DNA from: Ophelia neglecta | Taxonomy: Eukaryota | Assembly (NCBI GenBank): GCA_965285935.1 | Contig: OZ260662.1 | Span: forward strand, 71,052,001 to 71,116,000 | Direction: 5' to 3' | DNA: 64,000 nucleotides | Translations under genes and position numbers: made by a program | Part shown: piece after piece, positions 23,355-37,000 of the stretch | Layout of the letters: each line of letters opens with the position of its first letter | Numbering within the stretch: the first letter of the stretch is position 1 | The notes under the pieces: generated by a model | Told to the model about the DNA's origin: nothing | Seen by the model: the letters and a program-made list of their open reading frames with translations, nothing else | Databases searched by the model: none

Positions 23355-23900
23355 AAAAAAGTCTTAATTTTTCTTTAAAATGACGAGGCTTGGGCTCCAC
23401 TTAACATCTGAAGGCAGAGCATTTCAGTGGGAGAGGGCTATAGGGGAAACCGCCGACAGCCCTAGGTTGAAGTCGAAAGCCCAGGACAAGCAATAGGTTT
23501 CGACTTTTCGACCTCATGGCCCGGCCATGCAAACAATTGTAGGCAAGAAGGCAGGTATATCATTTTCTCGCAGCACATCGTCTAAATTTAAGGAAGACAC
23601 CAAAAAGGAATTTGGCCCAAAACACTACCCTGAGGGACCCCACAGAGCAAAGGTGTCGATTTTGGTGACTCGTGTAACACACTATGATTTATCAGTAGAG
23701 CGGGAGCACCGATACCAAGTCTGTGCTGTAGACGCTGAAGCAGGATAGAATAGATTACCAAGTCAAAGGCAGAGGAGAGGTCTAGTAAAAAAAACACTCT
23801 CTGCACTGTCCTGTGTACCGAAAATATCATCCTGCACTTTAAGTGGGCACTTTGACACTGTGATTTAGCTTATACGCTGACCGTAAAATCTCCTCGAGAT
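23355..23900 (-). mobile_element. Decayed L2/CR1-clade LINE (reverse transcriptase fragment and 3' end)
   Basis: LLDLSSAFDLV...ILLQRLQHRLGIG...GVPQGSVLG in ORF 23588..23830. SAYK..HS...LKVQDDI remnant upstream; NALP...LKT-type 3' remnant downstream; frameshifted. Confidence 0.85.
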
Positions 23901-25849
23901 CGTTGTCAGCCGTGAATAGTGAGGAACAAGTCTCTTTCTAATCTGGGTGCTAAACATCAGAATGATGTAAGTCATGAACTGATATGGACGATTTTAAAAG
24001 AAAATGTAAGGCTTTTCATTATAGTGCAGCTCATTGTCTGGAGCAATTTGTGCTCTATAATTGATTATGTTTCAATCTGTATTTATTATTTTGCAAATGT
24101 TCTAGTTAGAGTCTGACCAAATCTTCTCGGCTGTGAAGAATCGAAGTTGTAGGGTTAATGAAAATGGAAATAAGTTTACATTAAACTTTTGACGCTACCC
24201 AGTCACTAAATACATAATTATATGCATACATTTGCCACTTCTGTATCAATATATTAGTGAGATACTGGCTGTTGCGGATGCTTATTAAGAGTGTTTAGGT
24301 GCAATTTTTAATATGTACGTTTTTATATCATTGTATGCTATGTTTTGAGTGTAGAAAATAAAATCATTTAATCAATCACGTGTTCAACCTTGGGCAGCAA
24401 CTGCATAGTAAATTTGACAAAAAAGTCTTGCGGATTTGTTTATAATCAGAGTGACTGTCGTAGGATCTCATCATGCAATCTCATCTTGAAGAAGATAATC
24501 TGCACATTTTAAACTTCTCAAGTTCGTTAGGGACGGCATCTTAATGTATTCGTTAGAATTGAATGATGTTCTATATCAACTTGTTGACACAAAAATGATA
24601 TGGATTCCTATAGGCCTCTGCTATTGCGCGCTTTTAAAGATTTTGATAATAATATAAACGCACAGTAATCAAGTCAGCGGAAAAGGAATTCATGCAGTGG
24701 AAGTGAAAATAGACGCAGGTGTAAGTTATTGGAAAAGAAATCGATAGCAATTCTTATTCTGTTTGAAGAGGCGGTATTCAAAGATAATCTACGTAAGGAC
24801 AGAGAGCGGTGGGCTGGTGTAAGATAGTAAGTCGTGTACGAGGTCGGAGCGCAGGGCCATATATTTCGAAACTGTAAGGTATACCATCATTAGAAGAGTT
24901 ATCTGAAGAACATTGATAAAAGCACACACATGAGGTTTTTATGAAGAAGGGAATCGGTAACAGATAAATACATTTCATGGACAAATTTGGTACTCGAGGA
25001 CATAATTCGTTTAAGACATGAGCCACCTAAGCTACATCTAAATCCAATTTTTAGTTTCCATGGTCAACTATTCGTTTAACGAAAGCCTTCTTACACGAGA
25101 ATGCTAGTTATAAACATGGTATTTACAGATAATGTGAGAAACTTCTTAACACAAATCTAGCCGCATTTTCTTGCCTGACTATAACCTCGGAAGGTGGCGG
25201 GGTTCATGTATATTAATACTATGCAGAAATCCTCTTGGAAATGAAAAACCATTTAGTTTGAGAGCTCCTTTCAATCCTGTTAAGACCAAGCTTATATAGT
25301 CTACTCACCTGGCGTTCTGTTTCTCTTACCCTAGGTCAATTTATATATTTGAAATTGATATATATATTTACCATGTCCAATTATGTATTATACTTAAACT
25401 TTTAGCTTCGCTTGTATGTATCTGAACTTCCTTAAAAACTGCTGCTCATGCAAGAACTGCCCGTGGAGCAGACTATTATGTTTTTTTGGGTCACTTTTCG
25501 AAAATGCCAGGATTGTATAAATTAAAGTAAGTTGTAGTTATACACTGTCTGACTGACACCATCAAAACAAATGAATTTTGATGCCGCTCATTTTGTCACA
25601 ACGAACTGATTAAAAGAACAGCAGTAATATTTGGGAATCTTGCATGAGAAGGCATGTTTTATGCGGAGCATGAGTGTGCTATTTATTGGTTAATAATGGC
25701 TGAATCACATGGCAAGTCATGTGATCTGTCTAAAGATGGATAACAATATTACCGTTACAAGGCAGGGCTGTTATCTTATCATATTTTTCGTTATATATAT
25801 GGGTATATACTCTATGTGTAGAGAGGCGAATTGGCAGGGTTTATATATA

Positions 25850-26007
25850 CAGTGAAAGCTGGGAATTCAGACCATCCAGGGACTTGGAAATACTGGTCTG
25901 ATCACAGAGGTGGTCTGTTTACACAGGTTATTTTACATTGGAAGGGTGAAGTTTAGTCTGTGTTTGTGGCCTGAATTAACAGGTGGTCCTTAAGCCAGGT
26001 TTCACTG
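25850..26007. mobile_element. Tc1/mariner-type MITE, copy 1
   Basis: TA-CAGTGAAAGCTG...CAGGTTTCACTG-TA; terminal inverted repeats with TA flanks. Confidence 0.85.
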
Positions 26008-26029
26008 TAAATCCGAAACATTGTCAATT

Positions 26030-27010
26030 TGTTTTATGCAGATGACTTTAGTGGGGATTCCCATACTGTCGGACGTCTTCAGAAAACCATTAATACATTA
26101 ATTTCTTTGATAATTAGGGACTTAAAGTTAATATGGATATACGAAAATAATGGCGTTTCGTACAGGTGGTTCAGTTGGTAAGACCGAAAATGGTTTACAA
26201 AGATCAGGTCAAAGAATGTGTGAGCTCTAACAAACATTTGGTTTTCATGACTGCTCCTTTACAAGTTGAAGTAGACACTTGCCTTGAAAACTCTTTCTGC
26301 TCAGGCGTTGAAAGTTGTTCATGTTATAAGATCAGTTTTCTATTAAATGTTGTTTCAGACTATTATGAAGCCTATTTTATTGTATGGAGTATAAATATAG
26401 GTTGGTAAGTTTCACTATAGCGTAGAAAGTGTGCAGGTTGAATATTGTAAATCTGTTTTTGGCCTGTCAGTCAGTACATGAGAGTGGGCGATTTCCATTG
26501 GAAGTTGAATGTAATGTTAATATGGTAAAATACTGGATAAAGCTTGTGCTTGAGAATGTAAACCCTCTGACCCTTAAGTTGTTAAAATGTTGAAAAGGCT
26601 TGACAAGGCTGGAAGGGTAAACAGAGTCGCCAGGATAAGGACAATGAACTTTTGACTGTGTTTGGCAAGCGCAGAATGTTGGGGATGTAGTGGAATTTGT
26701 GCAAGAATTCAGAGTTAAGATTCTGCAAAAATCTGAATGAATGGTTAGAGGATATCTATTCTAATAAAAAATTAAGTTTATATGGAGGTCTTTAAAGCAA
26801 TTTGACAATAAAACCATATATTAACATTTTAAGTGATTTGGCAGGTGCAAGGTTAATTATAACCTAATGATCGAGGAAGAAAGATATTTTCCGATTGAAT
26901 TTTCCATTGGAATTTGTGCTTTTTGCCATATTAATTTTGGTAATGATGTTATTGAGGATAATTTTGGTATCGAAGTTATCGAAGATGAGTTGAATTTCAC
27001 ATTGGTGTGC
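26030..27010 (-). mobile_element. Possible highly decayed non-LTR retrotransposon relic
   Basis: Faint RT-like remnants (ILATLF-like) across broken frames; impression only. Confidence 0.25.
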
Positions 27011-27923
27011 CCCTTAAATGCAGATTTGAGATACGCTTAACTGTCGAGATATATTCCTTCGTACGTTGCTTTTTAGCGCTTTTAAGATATTCCTTTGCTC
27101 ACAAAATCCAGCCACATCATATGTACCGAACCTTTAGTAAAGTTCGGCTTATCACTCGGCATCAAAGCGTGTCTTTCAGGGAAAAATGTTTCCCCACGTG
27201 AAATGCGCTGAAGTCAGATAGTAGTACACTTGTCCACTGTAACACGTTAGTTTTGCTCTCTGGTCGTTCTTTGCGCTATTCGCTTTTCTCTTCCTTGTGA
27301 GGACGGTGACCATTACTTATCTATGATGTTAGTTATGGCCGCTGCGCACGCGTGGGAGAGGCATTAAAAGACACGGAGTCATTTAATTACGTCCCTCCAA
27401 CTTGCCGAAACATTATATAAACAATTAAATGCTATAAATTTTACTTTTTTGTGCAGTCAGTATTTTCTAGGACAACAAAGAGAATTAAGGTTCTGTTAAA
27501 GTGTACTAGTAAAGGATTAAACACGATTTTCTTCTCCTGGCCACCTAAATGACTATTTGTCAGCGCATAATCAGGCACCCCTTTGCTCATAAAAAGACAG
27601 AACAGTGGCTATTTTATGTTTAATATTCAAATGTTAAAGTCTCAAAATTTGATTGTTGTCTAACATTAATAAAATTAAGTTTTCTAAAGGAACTTTTAAG
27701 TATCTTCACTCGTGGTTTATTACACACACTCACAAATAATGTTAAATTAATTTTATTATTATGATGTTTATTTAGTTAAAAATTCAATTTTAAAGTGAGG
27801 AATAAGATTAATAATACAACGGTTCATTTTTTACCGACATTGATTGTAAGCCGTAGATATCTTAATGTCTTAAATGTACAATGTATGTGTTCCTGTTCCA
27901 TCAGAATTACCAATTGATATATA

Positions 27924-28101
27924 CAGTGAAACCTGTAAATTAAGACCACCAAAGGGACTGGAAAATGCTGATCTGATTTTGGAGGTGGTATGTTTAGACA
28001 GGTTATACAACATAGAAAGTATATATCATGGTCTTCTTTTTAGTTGTCTGAATTGACAGGTGGTCTGATTATAGAGGTGGTCTTTAAGGCAGGTTTCACT
28101 G
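27924..28101. mobile_element. Tc1/mariner-type MITE, copy 2
   Basis: TA-CAGTGAAACCTG...AAGACCACC...GGTGGTCTT...CAGGTTTCACTG-TA; 178 bp. Confidence 0.9.
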
Positions 28102-29899
28102 TATAACAAATGAAAGCTTATTTTTCCAAGAATAATAATTTTTGTTTAGAGTAAAGTAATGGCAACTAAAACAGTCTGAACCTAAACAAGAGCAGTCACA
28201 ATTCCTCAAGGCGTGTGTTTTACGATGTTATTATGATGTTCAGATGGTAAATAGGCCGTTGAACCCATGGCTGGAGCCATCTGCTCTCTGCTTCGAAAGC
28301 CGGCAATGTTTGCTACTTATGGACAAGGTGCTGTTTTTTTTCTAGCGCCATTTAGTGGAATAGACTATGACGAATCGATAGTTTATATACCTTGTTTGCA
28401 TATACATTTAGCTCCAACATGGATCTCTAATGGGAGTTTATATTGATGTTCTACTGGCAGCCATATTTTGGTGAACCTAAAGGGCTTGCTAGCTTAGAGA
28501 TTCAAGTTTTAGTTAGCTTGCATGTAACACTAGTGTTATTATTACCAGAGGAATAATGCCAAGCCGTTATAGAAATTATATTAAAATTGCTGACTAAAAA
28601 CGGAAGTGGATGCTCGACAGACAAGCAAAGGCATTAACTAAGAATATTTTATTCAATCGGTTCTGAATAATCAGGAACCAGCGGTCACAGGCACACACAT
28701 ATATCTCAGCACCCAAACAGTAAATACACTTGTTATACAACTGATATAAAGAAAGATGCGATTGGTGTTTTTATAGAGTGATTCAAGTGTATTTATCCGG
28801 GGCCCTATGTAGAGGCACGTGAATTAAATCTGCTGTGTTTTTTGTCCGAGGAGGGTATAGTGATGATAGAGGCTATTCTACTCGATAAACCTCTTTGACC
28901 AATCCATAATAATGTGTGTAACCAAACAATGTCTTTAGTCTTTCCAAGCAGGGGCGCTATGTTATTTTACATATCCAGTGGTAGGCCTGCAACGAATTTT
29001 TAATTTACTAGCAAAGCGAATGCATCCAACATTGATTATTATACAACATTGATACACAAGCTGGCTTGTTGCCTTTTAGAATACATAAAAGCTTTGTTTA
29101 ATTCCTTGACAATACTTACTAGTATTGCAATTATGAAACTTTATTAAAAATCACACTTGATAAAATGGAATTCTTATTTGGGTCTGTTTAAAACAAAAAG
29201 TAATTGTGAGCATGTGTTTTTACGTTTTAATCAAAAAGGAATCTTAATCACTGAAATAGGAAGAAGAAAGGAGGTGACCAAAGCTTGATCCGTCTATGTA
29301 AATCCTAGCACCCACTCAATAAACACATCCACTAAAGGCACTTCACAAACTGATAATAAGTAGGTCTTCGTGCGTCATCAGCCACATCCATTAGGTTTAC
29401 TGTAAACGTAGAATCTATAGATTGTGGGCACTCCTCGGACTTAGGGTATTTGCCCCTAATTTGCCGATGCCCCCAATTTCTAGACTGTCCCTTCTTCCAC
29501 TGAAATATTATTCAATCACTAAGTTTCACATTAGGGCACATTATCACAATGTGCCCTCCTGAGAAGTACATTTCTGATTTGAACCAAATGGAATGTTCGA
29601 CTGAAAATAGCAGCAACACTGACTTGAGGCACATGTCTGCAAGCAAATTATAATATAGCAACGACACACGTCCATTTAAAGCGTTTTCAATTTCACCTGG
29701 TTGATTGGCAAAGAAAGAATATTGACATAGCGTAGGAACATGCTAAGTAATTGATCGGCAACCTAACTTGACTTCACTAGTTGTAATACATACAACGATT
29801 ATATTTGTTATAGCTCAGAATCAACTATCATAAATTGAAACATGACAACTTTCTAGCCTTATAAACTCATATGTGTTAAATATACCGTTCAGAACTGGC

Positions 29900-30400
29900 A
29901 TGTACAAGATTGGCTAACTGATATACCGATAGCATATATTGGCAAGGTGAGAGATGGAATATCTTAAGGTATGACCGGATGCTACATGAACATATGTCCT
30001 GGAAGATTAAAAAGTAAGATAGCCTGATCCGAAGTAAATTAGTAAGAGACGGGCTGGCTTATCAACTATATGCCCTGCCTGAGATTCGGACATGTTTATT
30101 GGACTATTCTTCTTGAACGTCATTGCTCTGTCTGCCGGGTGAAGGTCACGTGTTCTGCCTTGAGTAGTATAACAGACATGCGCTTGGAAAACGAATGGAA
30201 GAATCGTGAACAGACCAGAACACACCAAGTTCCAATTTGACATCAACTGTTGAACCATCTCCTTTGATGACAGCATACCTTGTTGTTAGGCCTGAAGGAT
30301 AGCTAAGACTGAGGACTCGCTGATAAACGTGCACAACAAACGTCCAACTACGACATTCACTGAACACTTATGGTTTGGTTTGTTCCGGAGACATCATGTA
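29900..30400 (-). mobile_element. Possible ancient RTE-like LINE RT relic
   Basis: VIKGDGSTVDVKLELGV and IYFGS resemble RT motifs seen by eye only; boundaries approximate. Confidence 0.3.
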
Positions 30401-30822
30401 TTAAAGGTACATATAGGTAAACACCTTGCATAATTGACATTGTTGTTATCATAGAAATATGGAATCAAAATGTCTAAGAGTGTTCAAACATTTCTAACAA
30501 TATTAGATTACTTTGACATGATTTTTTATAATCAAGGGTCACTTGGTTCCTTGTTCAATTACTGGTCTATCCATATCTTCAGAATCAGAAATAATATTAT
30601 TGCCCAGCATCACAGACATTTAAGAACTATTTTTAATATAAACAAGGTATGTAATGTATGCTTTCAACCGACTTTAGGTTGAGTAACGGTCGCCAGTTTT
30701 TCGGTTAGGATGCTTCATACACAGTCTTAGCTGCTCCTAGATGTCATCGTTAAAGAAAACCCCTATCGACGAAAATATCGTATATGAAGCATGATCATTT
30801 TTCCACATGATGTAAAGATATA

Positions 30823-31000
30823 CAGTGAAACCTGTGAATTAAGACCACCCAAGGGACTAGCAATTACTGGTCTGATTACAGAGGTGGTCTGTTTATACAG
30901 GCGACTTTACACTGAAAGAGTACAATTTGTTCTTCATATCAGTGGTCTGAATTTGCACGTGGTCTGAATATAGAGGGGGCCTTTAAGGCAGGTTTCTCTG
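30823..31000. mobile_element. Tc1/mariner-type MITE, copy 3
   Basis: TA-CAGTGAAACCTG...CAGGTTTCTCTG-TA; 178 bp. Confidence 0.9.
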
Positions 31001-33295
31001 TATTTACCAAAAAGTTTGTGTGCGAAGTACCGATGGTAAGTTTATAGACCAAGTTGGAGTAATAATATATTAAAAGAAATTTCGATGTAAGACATGAAAC
31101 AAAATCAATTGTGTAATGAAGACAACTATTTTAAAATTAATAAATTTGCCTTCACGTAGACAATTTTGTTAAGATGTTTTGAAAATGTACATGTTCTTTT
31201 AATTATTTCACTATGGACGACAATAACCTAATAAAACTTATTACGAGGAGCTAACTGCTGTGTGTCGACCCACAGGGTAGTCGTCAGTACATCGAGCAGA
31301 TCGGTGGTCTTGTCATCGGGTAGGCACATTGGATTGCAATCTGATTGTTTTTTTCTTAAGTTGCATACGCGTATAAAAAATGGGTACATTGTGTATTGAT
31401 AAAACCCATTCTATTAATAATGGCTATCAAATAACAAATGGTCGTCACAATCGGAAAATATCTTGGCCGAAAGGCACACACGTGAATTTTCCCCACTATA
31501 CCCATAACATAGCAGTAGTATTCTGTTCAAAAAGGCACGGTGTCACTCTACTTCCCTGTGGTATGAACAAACAACAGGATGTGAGCAAGCTTCAGGAGTA
31601 GACAACGGGAGTAGCAACACGGCAGACACACAAGGGTGGGAAATTATTTAAATCGGTCAATAAGGATTATGCTCTTCATGAAATTATAGACTTTTTGCCT
31701 ATTTAAAATACGTTCGTTTGCTTTGCCAGTTCTCTCAAAGATAAATTTACAGTAGATTTGTCGGTTTCTTTTCTGGATTGAACATAGCTTTGAATGAAAT
31801 TCAATGTCATTTTCATATTGACATAACGGGTATGGTATTAATTAGAAAACAAATTTCAAACCATGTTCAAATGTTATTCAGAAAAAAATGGACCCGAGTA
31901 GTGTAATTATTAAAATATCAAATTAGTTTACATCTCACTTGCACTGATCTTGTATATTTCAAAGTCTAGCAAAATATTACGAATTATGTCTATTGAAGAA
32001 GTTGTAGGAACTCAAAATGAATATATCTTTTACATTATGTGCTAGGCTTTTAATTATTTTTTTGTTTTCATTAGTCATATTTGTTGGGCAGTTTCATCGT
32101 TCATCTCCCATTTCGTGGTGTACACTTTTTATCATAACATCTCTATCTAAGTTTATAAGTTAGGTGCCGTTAACATACAATAATCACTAGCCAACTTGAA
32201 ATTTCATTGTGTACAAGAGAAGGCCGAGAAACATGTTGACCGAAAAAGTAAACCAACCCTAAAAAGAAATGATTTTATTCAAAAAGCATATTCAAGTTGT
32301 ATTTCATGGAATATGCTAAAATACTTATCATTCACAATACATAATAAGGATCTTCGTCGCCCTGGGGTTAATTTGAACACATATTCATATATTCTTCATT
32401 TGGTGAAGTAGTATTATTATCGATTATGGTTTTATTGTTCGTATACATGTATTACATTTTACCGTACCAGTTCCTCTTGCAAGCTAACTTCGGTAATTTC
32501 TTCAATTAAATACATTCCAAATAAAAATAAAATTGGTAACTTAATGTTCCCGGGCCTACCATAAAAGGCGGTATTAAGTGGGGTGATCAAGTAATCACAC
32601 ATCATGGCTAATGCCGCCAAGAAAAATTCTTATGCTGGCGATGACATACGCTTTAAGAAGGCCGAACATGTCCCAGGGCTTAAAGAGTTTGCATATGGCG
32701 TGGGCCTAACAAACAACGGAAAGACACAAAGTGCAAGGGACACACGTGTGCTTAGTTCATATACAGCATACAATTGATTAGTGTTAGACATGTTTTATAT
32801 GTTTTTATAAAATCAGTTGCCAATATTATCCGAGTTTCTGTTTTTTTTGACTCGTAATGGGTCAAAATTATCTAAACCTCTTGTTTTCTCATGTAGTAGG
32901 TTTGACCTTCCGATCATTTAACAGCCAAACTAGTTGACCTACAACATGAACGCGTAAGGCTAGATTATACGTAATAAAAAAATAAAGGAATGCTCAACCC
33001 GTTAGCTCTGGACAGGAGCGTCAAGTAATTTGTCTCCATAATGACCGCCAGTTTCTCTTCCTTTAATCCATACCCAGGCAAGTTAAGTTAAAAAATTCTT
33101 ACCGAACCTTAAGATAAAAAAAACATCGCTTGCGTTAGAAGCAGTATGCCCGCTACTGGCAGTCGATCTCAAATAGATGTGAAATGGAATAGGCCTACAA
33201 ACATAAAAGTCAATGTTTTATGACCTACAAACAATGCCCTACAGTTCAAGCTATTCTGTACAAACCTTAATAACTAATTTGTTCCCAAGTTTAGT

Positions 33296-34082
33296 CTACA
33301 CTGTACCCATCTTGTCTGTTTTGTGATTTGATGGTTTTTGCTTTGCTGACTTGCCCCCTCTTTTTCTCTTTTCTTTTGGCTTGTTCAGTGATTTCCATTG
33401 GTTTGATCTATCATCCGCCACAACAGTGTGACTGGGTGAATAAAATCCATTGCAAGAAGGCACGGGGCTACGTTCAAGTTCAAAGTATTTCGGTGTTTCT
33501 GTAAAGGCACCGTTGTCGACGGTTGTTTCGTAGTGCTGAGCACGGCCATCTTGTGACACAGGGCCCGAAGTTATTGTGTATTTATAATCCTTGGGGAATT
33601 TCCAGTTTCTGTCTTGTACAAATGTTTTTTCTTGCACAACACGGTATTTGCCGATGTTTGCTCCAGATCGCACATCGCAAAAGTTCGGGGATTTTCGCTT
33701 ATTTTTACCTGCCAATATCTCGGCCGGTTCTACCATGATGGTAGCGGCCATTGGAGGAGGCGGAAGCGGAAATGGCGTTTCCTCGTTGGATTTGGGCGGC
33801 GAAGGAGGAGTAAGTGGGGGCGGTGGCAGGTCCGGGGTATTCGCCGGGGGTGATGCGCTCGGTGGAGGGGGCATTTCAGAAATATAGAAGTATTCGTTTT
33901 CTGATAAGGGACTGTTGTCATTATCCATTAGATATGGCGGAGGCGGTGGCAGGCTTCCCTCACTGCCACCGCCACCATTCCTCACAACGGAGCTTCTCTT
34001 GGGATTTTCAGCACGCTGTGGTAAAACTGGATGTACAGGCTTCTGTTTGATAGGTTTCCCTGCCCTGCGTCTTCTTGTTAAG
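33296..34082 (-). CDS. Gene 2 terminal exon: basic juxtamembrane (SLTRRRRAGK) and proline-rich cytoplasmic tail
   Basis: tttacag acceptor at 34083-34089, in frame with ORF 33296..33985; TAG stop at 33296. Confidence 0.88.
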
Positions 34083-37000
34083 CTGTAAAGTTAACAATTT
34101 ATAAACTAGTTTGTACGAAAAGTATAACAGCTTCAAATTAAGAAATAAATTCCGGCGGACATGTTGCTTGTGTGTAAAATATTGCATTCTAGATCTTCTG
34201 TTGCGAGTATGATGATTAATGATGAATTAATGGTATTAGCTCATTACTGTTATAAATGACTGATTAAGCCGGTCATCAAACAATTCTGACACAGAGACGT
34301 AAATAAAAAGTTTAAGCCGGTGGAAAGCGTTGAAGGGCGATAGTAGGGTAGAAAGCGACGGACGGCAGTGGGAGGCGATAGACCACGGTATAAACGGGCG
34401 GATAGAAGTGGTATTAACAGGTATTAGATTGTATTATATAATGCGGAAGATACCAACTGCCGCATCGTTTGACTACTTGGACTACGACTAGTATATACTA
34501 ACCTCCTCTTACAGACTAGTCCCAAAGACAGAATGACAATACCGATTCCAACTGCTATCGCCACCACAATCACAAGGGTCATTTCTAGAACAAGATTAAA
34601 CGAAAATTTAAAAATGGCATGGTAAAAAATATATCAAAATAAAAAATAATAATGGCATTAACGTACCTGTTAACATTCTTTATTTTACGTGTTTTTAGAG
34701 TTGCATTATTTATAAACACAGTGTTTAAATAAATCATGCACATCATAGCGATCAAATTAATGCGCATTTATAAGATAATACGTGTAGTGGAATAAACAAA
34801 TATTTAGAATAGGCTTTTAGGCCCAATATTTCCCTGTAGATACTCACCGAAAGGTATCAAGAAGTTTCCCCACTGAAATTCTCCGAACACAGGATATGAC
34901 GCTGAAATAGCCGTCACACATAGGATAAAAGAGAGAGCCAGAGAAGGGGAACCCCCCTACACATTCCCAGTGGCCATTTTAAATCATTTCAACCAGGCAA
35001 AGACAAGATTCGTTTAATATCGCTTAATGCCTAAGTCACAACTGTTAATAGTTGTTTTTGATCTTATTTATATGTTAACTGCTGTATTTATTTTGTCTAT
35101 GTTCCATAATCTGCCCTCTGATACGTTAGAATCTTATTTACAGAATTATCGCATCGTTCGCCTCATCTGACCACATATTTATCAGGGTAAACATCGTTCT
35201 TCTGATTTTGGGGGTAAAGTATATCCTAGATAATTTTAGCATTACAGCTATAGGTATATTTTGAAAAGCCTAAACAATGAAAATAGGCATGTTTGAATTA
35301 AGGTTTAATTTACTAATTCACAACATAATACAGGTAAATTGACCAACTTTTTATCAGTAGGTTGGTGACAGAAAAATCACCAATGAATATGTTGAAAAAT
35401 GACAATGGAAACCCCTCGAACGTACGGCCACGTCACGCGTGTATATGCCGCACAAAAAGCAAATTAACCATAGGCCCTAAGGCCTTATTGATTTCAACTG
35501 AAGTGAAAATAAATCCGTCAGCTCGAGATCCTGGGCACGTCATCCTTGAGATTATAACAAATAAAACATCGAATATAGCCTATATTGATGATTGCACGAA
35601 GAAATGACAAAAAGCTATATCCGATATATCGCTGTAGATTAACTTAATAAGTTCTCAATCACGAACAATAAGATAAAAGTTAGAATGAAAAAAAAACTAC
35701 TCGGTTTAAAAATAAAATGAGTTGACTTTTTTTTTCTGGATAGACCTATTCAATTTCCGGATCCTCCGCACAGTTTACGAGCTTTGTTTTAGTTTGTACC
35801 CTGTATGATCATCCTCCTCCACATAAATCAATCACCATAATTATACTCAACGATTAATTTTATTAGTTTGGACACTAAACTATTCTTCTGTTGGGTCAAT
35901 ATTATGAATAGCCACAGGGGAAGACTGGAACAGCTTAAAGGTTCCATTTTTCATCCTTCAAATAATCTATTGAAGTAAAAAAATGAATTCTATAATAGTT
36001 AAAATGAGTATGAGTTAACAGTCTATTTTCACATTACCCCCGGTACAGTTGCCCACCGTCCCCTGCCACTCAGAGTTGACGCAAATCAATCGCCATCGTT
36101 GTCCTGAGGAGTCACAACCAACCAACAACACCTCTCCATCCCGCTGGAACCACATGTTCTTCAAAGGGTCAGGGTCCGCACAGCCAAACACTATTAACAT
36201 AAGACCGAATTATAGCTTACAAGAGTAGTATACAAACCTCCTCGTATATATGATATATTTATACTGAACTTTCTGAATTAAAATGCATATAAATTATATT
36301 CTTAAGTAACTGAGGACATTCCTTTGGCCAGAAATTGAGATGGACCATCACTGCTAAACTTGTAACAAAAAGAATAAAAGATAGATTATGGTTAGTTTGG
36401 TACTATTTTTTACTCCTGAAAAGGGATATAAGTAGAATTGAATAATATTTTGCCATTTTAATTCGCTTCTGATCACTATACCATCGTATTTGAGCAGGAA
36501 GTATTCTGAATTTTTGTCGGAGTCTTTTCCGATGACCCTGATTTCGACGGCATGATCGTCGGAGGTGTAGACATGTCGGACCCTCTCTTGTCCACTGCAC
36601 ACCGTCAAGCCCTGGCTCCGAGAACGCTCTCGTATGACGGCATACACGTAACATATGTCATAACCATCGGCCGCCGAGTTACTCATCGTAGGTGAGGTCC
36701 GGCCAAAGTCGATCAGCGAAATGTTGAATTTCTGTCCGTGTTTGCCCTGGATCATCCAGGGGCAGTCGGCAGACCCTCTATCCGTCTCCATGGTGATGAA
36801 GTTAGAAATGTATCCAGACAAAGACTCAGGTAGAATGAAGCTGGAGGAAGCACACGATTGACCTTCTGCTATCACCACTAGAATTTACCAAGGCAAATAA
36901 GTTATATTCCATTCTTGTAAAAAAAACAACTTCGATTTGTACTTGCTTAAATAGTTGAAAGGGCGAAAAGCTGCCAAATATTAAACTGTAAACGTCGTAA

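Noticed and set aside
25850-31000. Recurring GGTGGTCT units as a CRISPR-like array
   Set aside because: They are internal to TIR-bounded MITEs, irregularly spaced, in a eukaryotic context with no cas genes.
33296-33310. C-terminal MGTV as a PDZ-binding motif
   Set aside because: The -2 residue is Gly, not Ser/Thr or a hydrophobic residue, so it does not fit class I or II.
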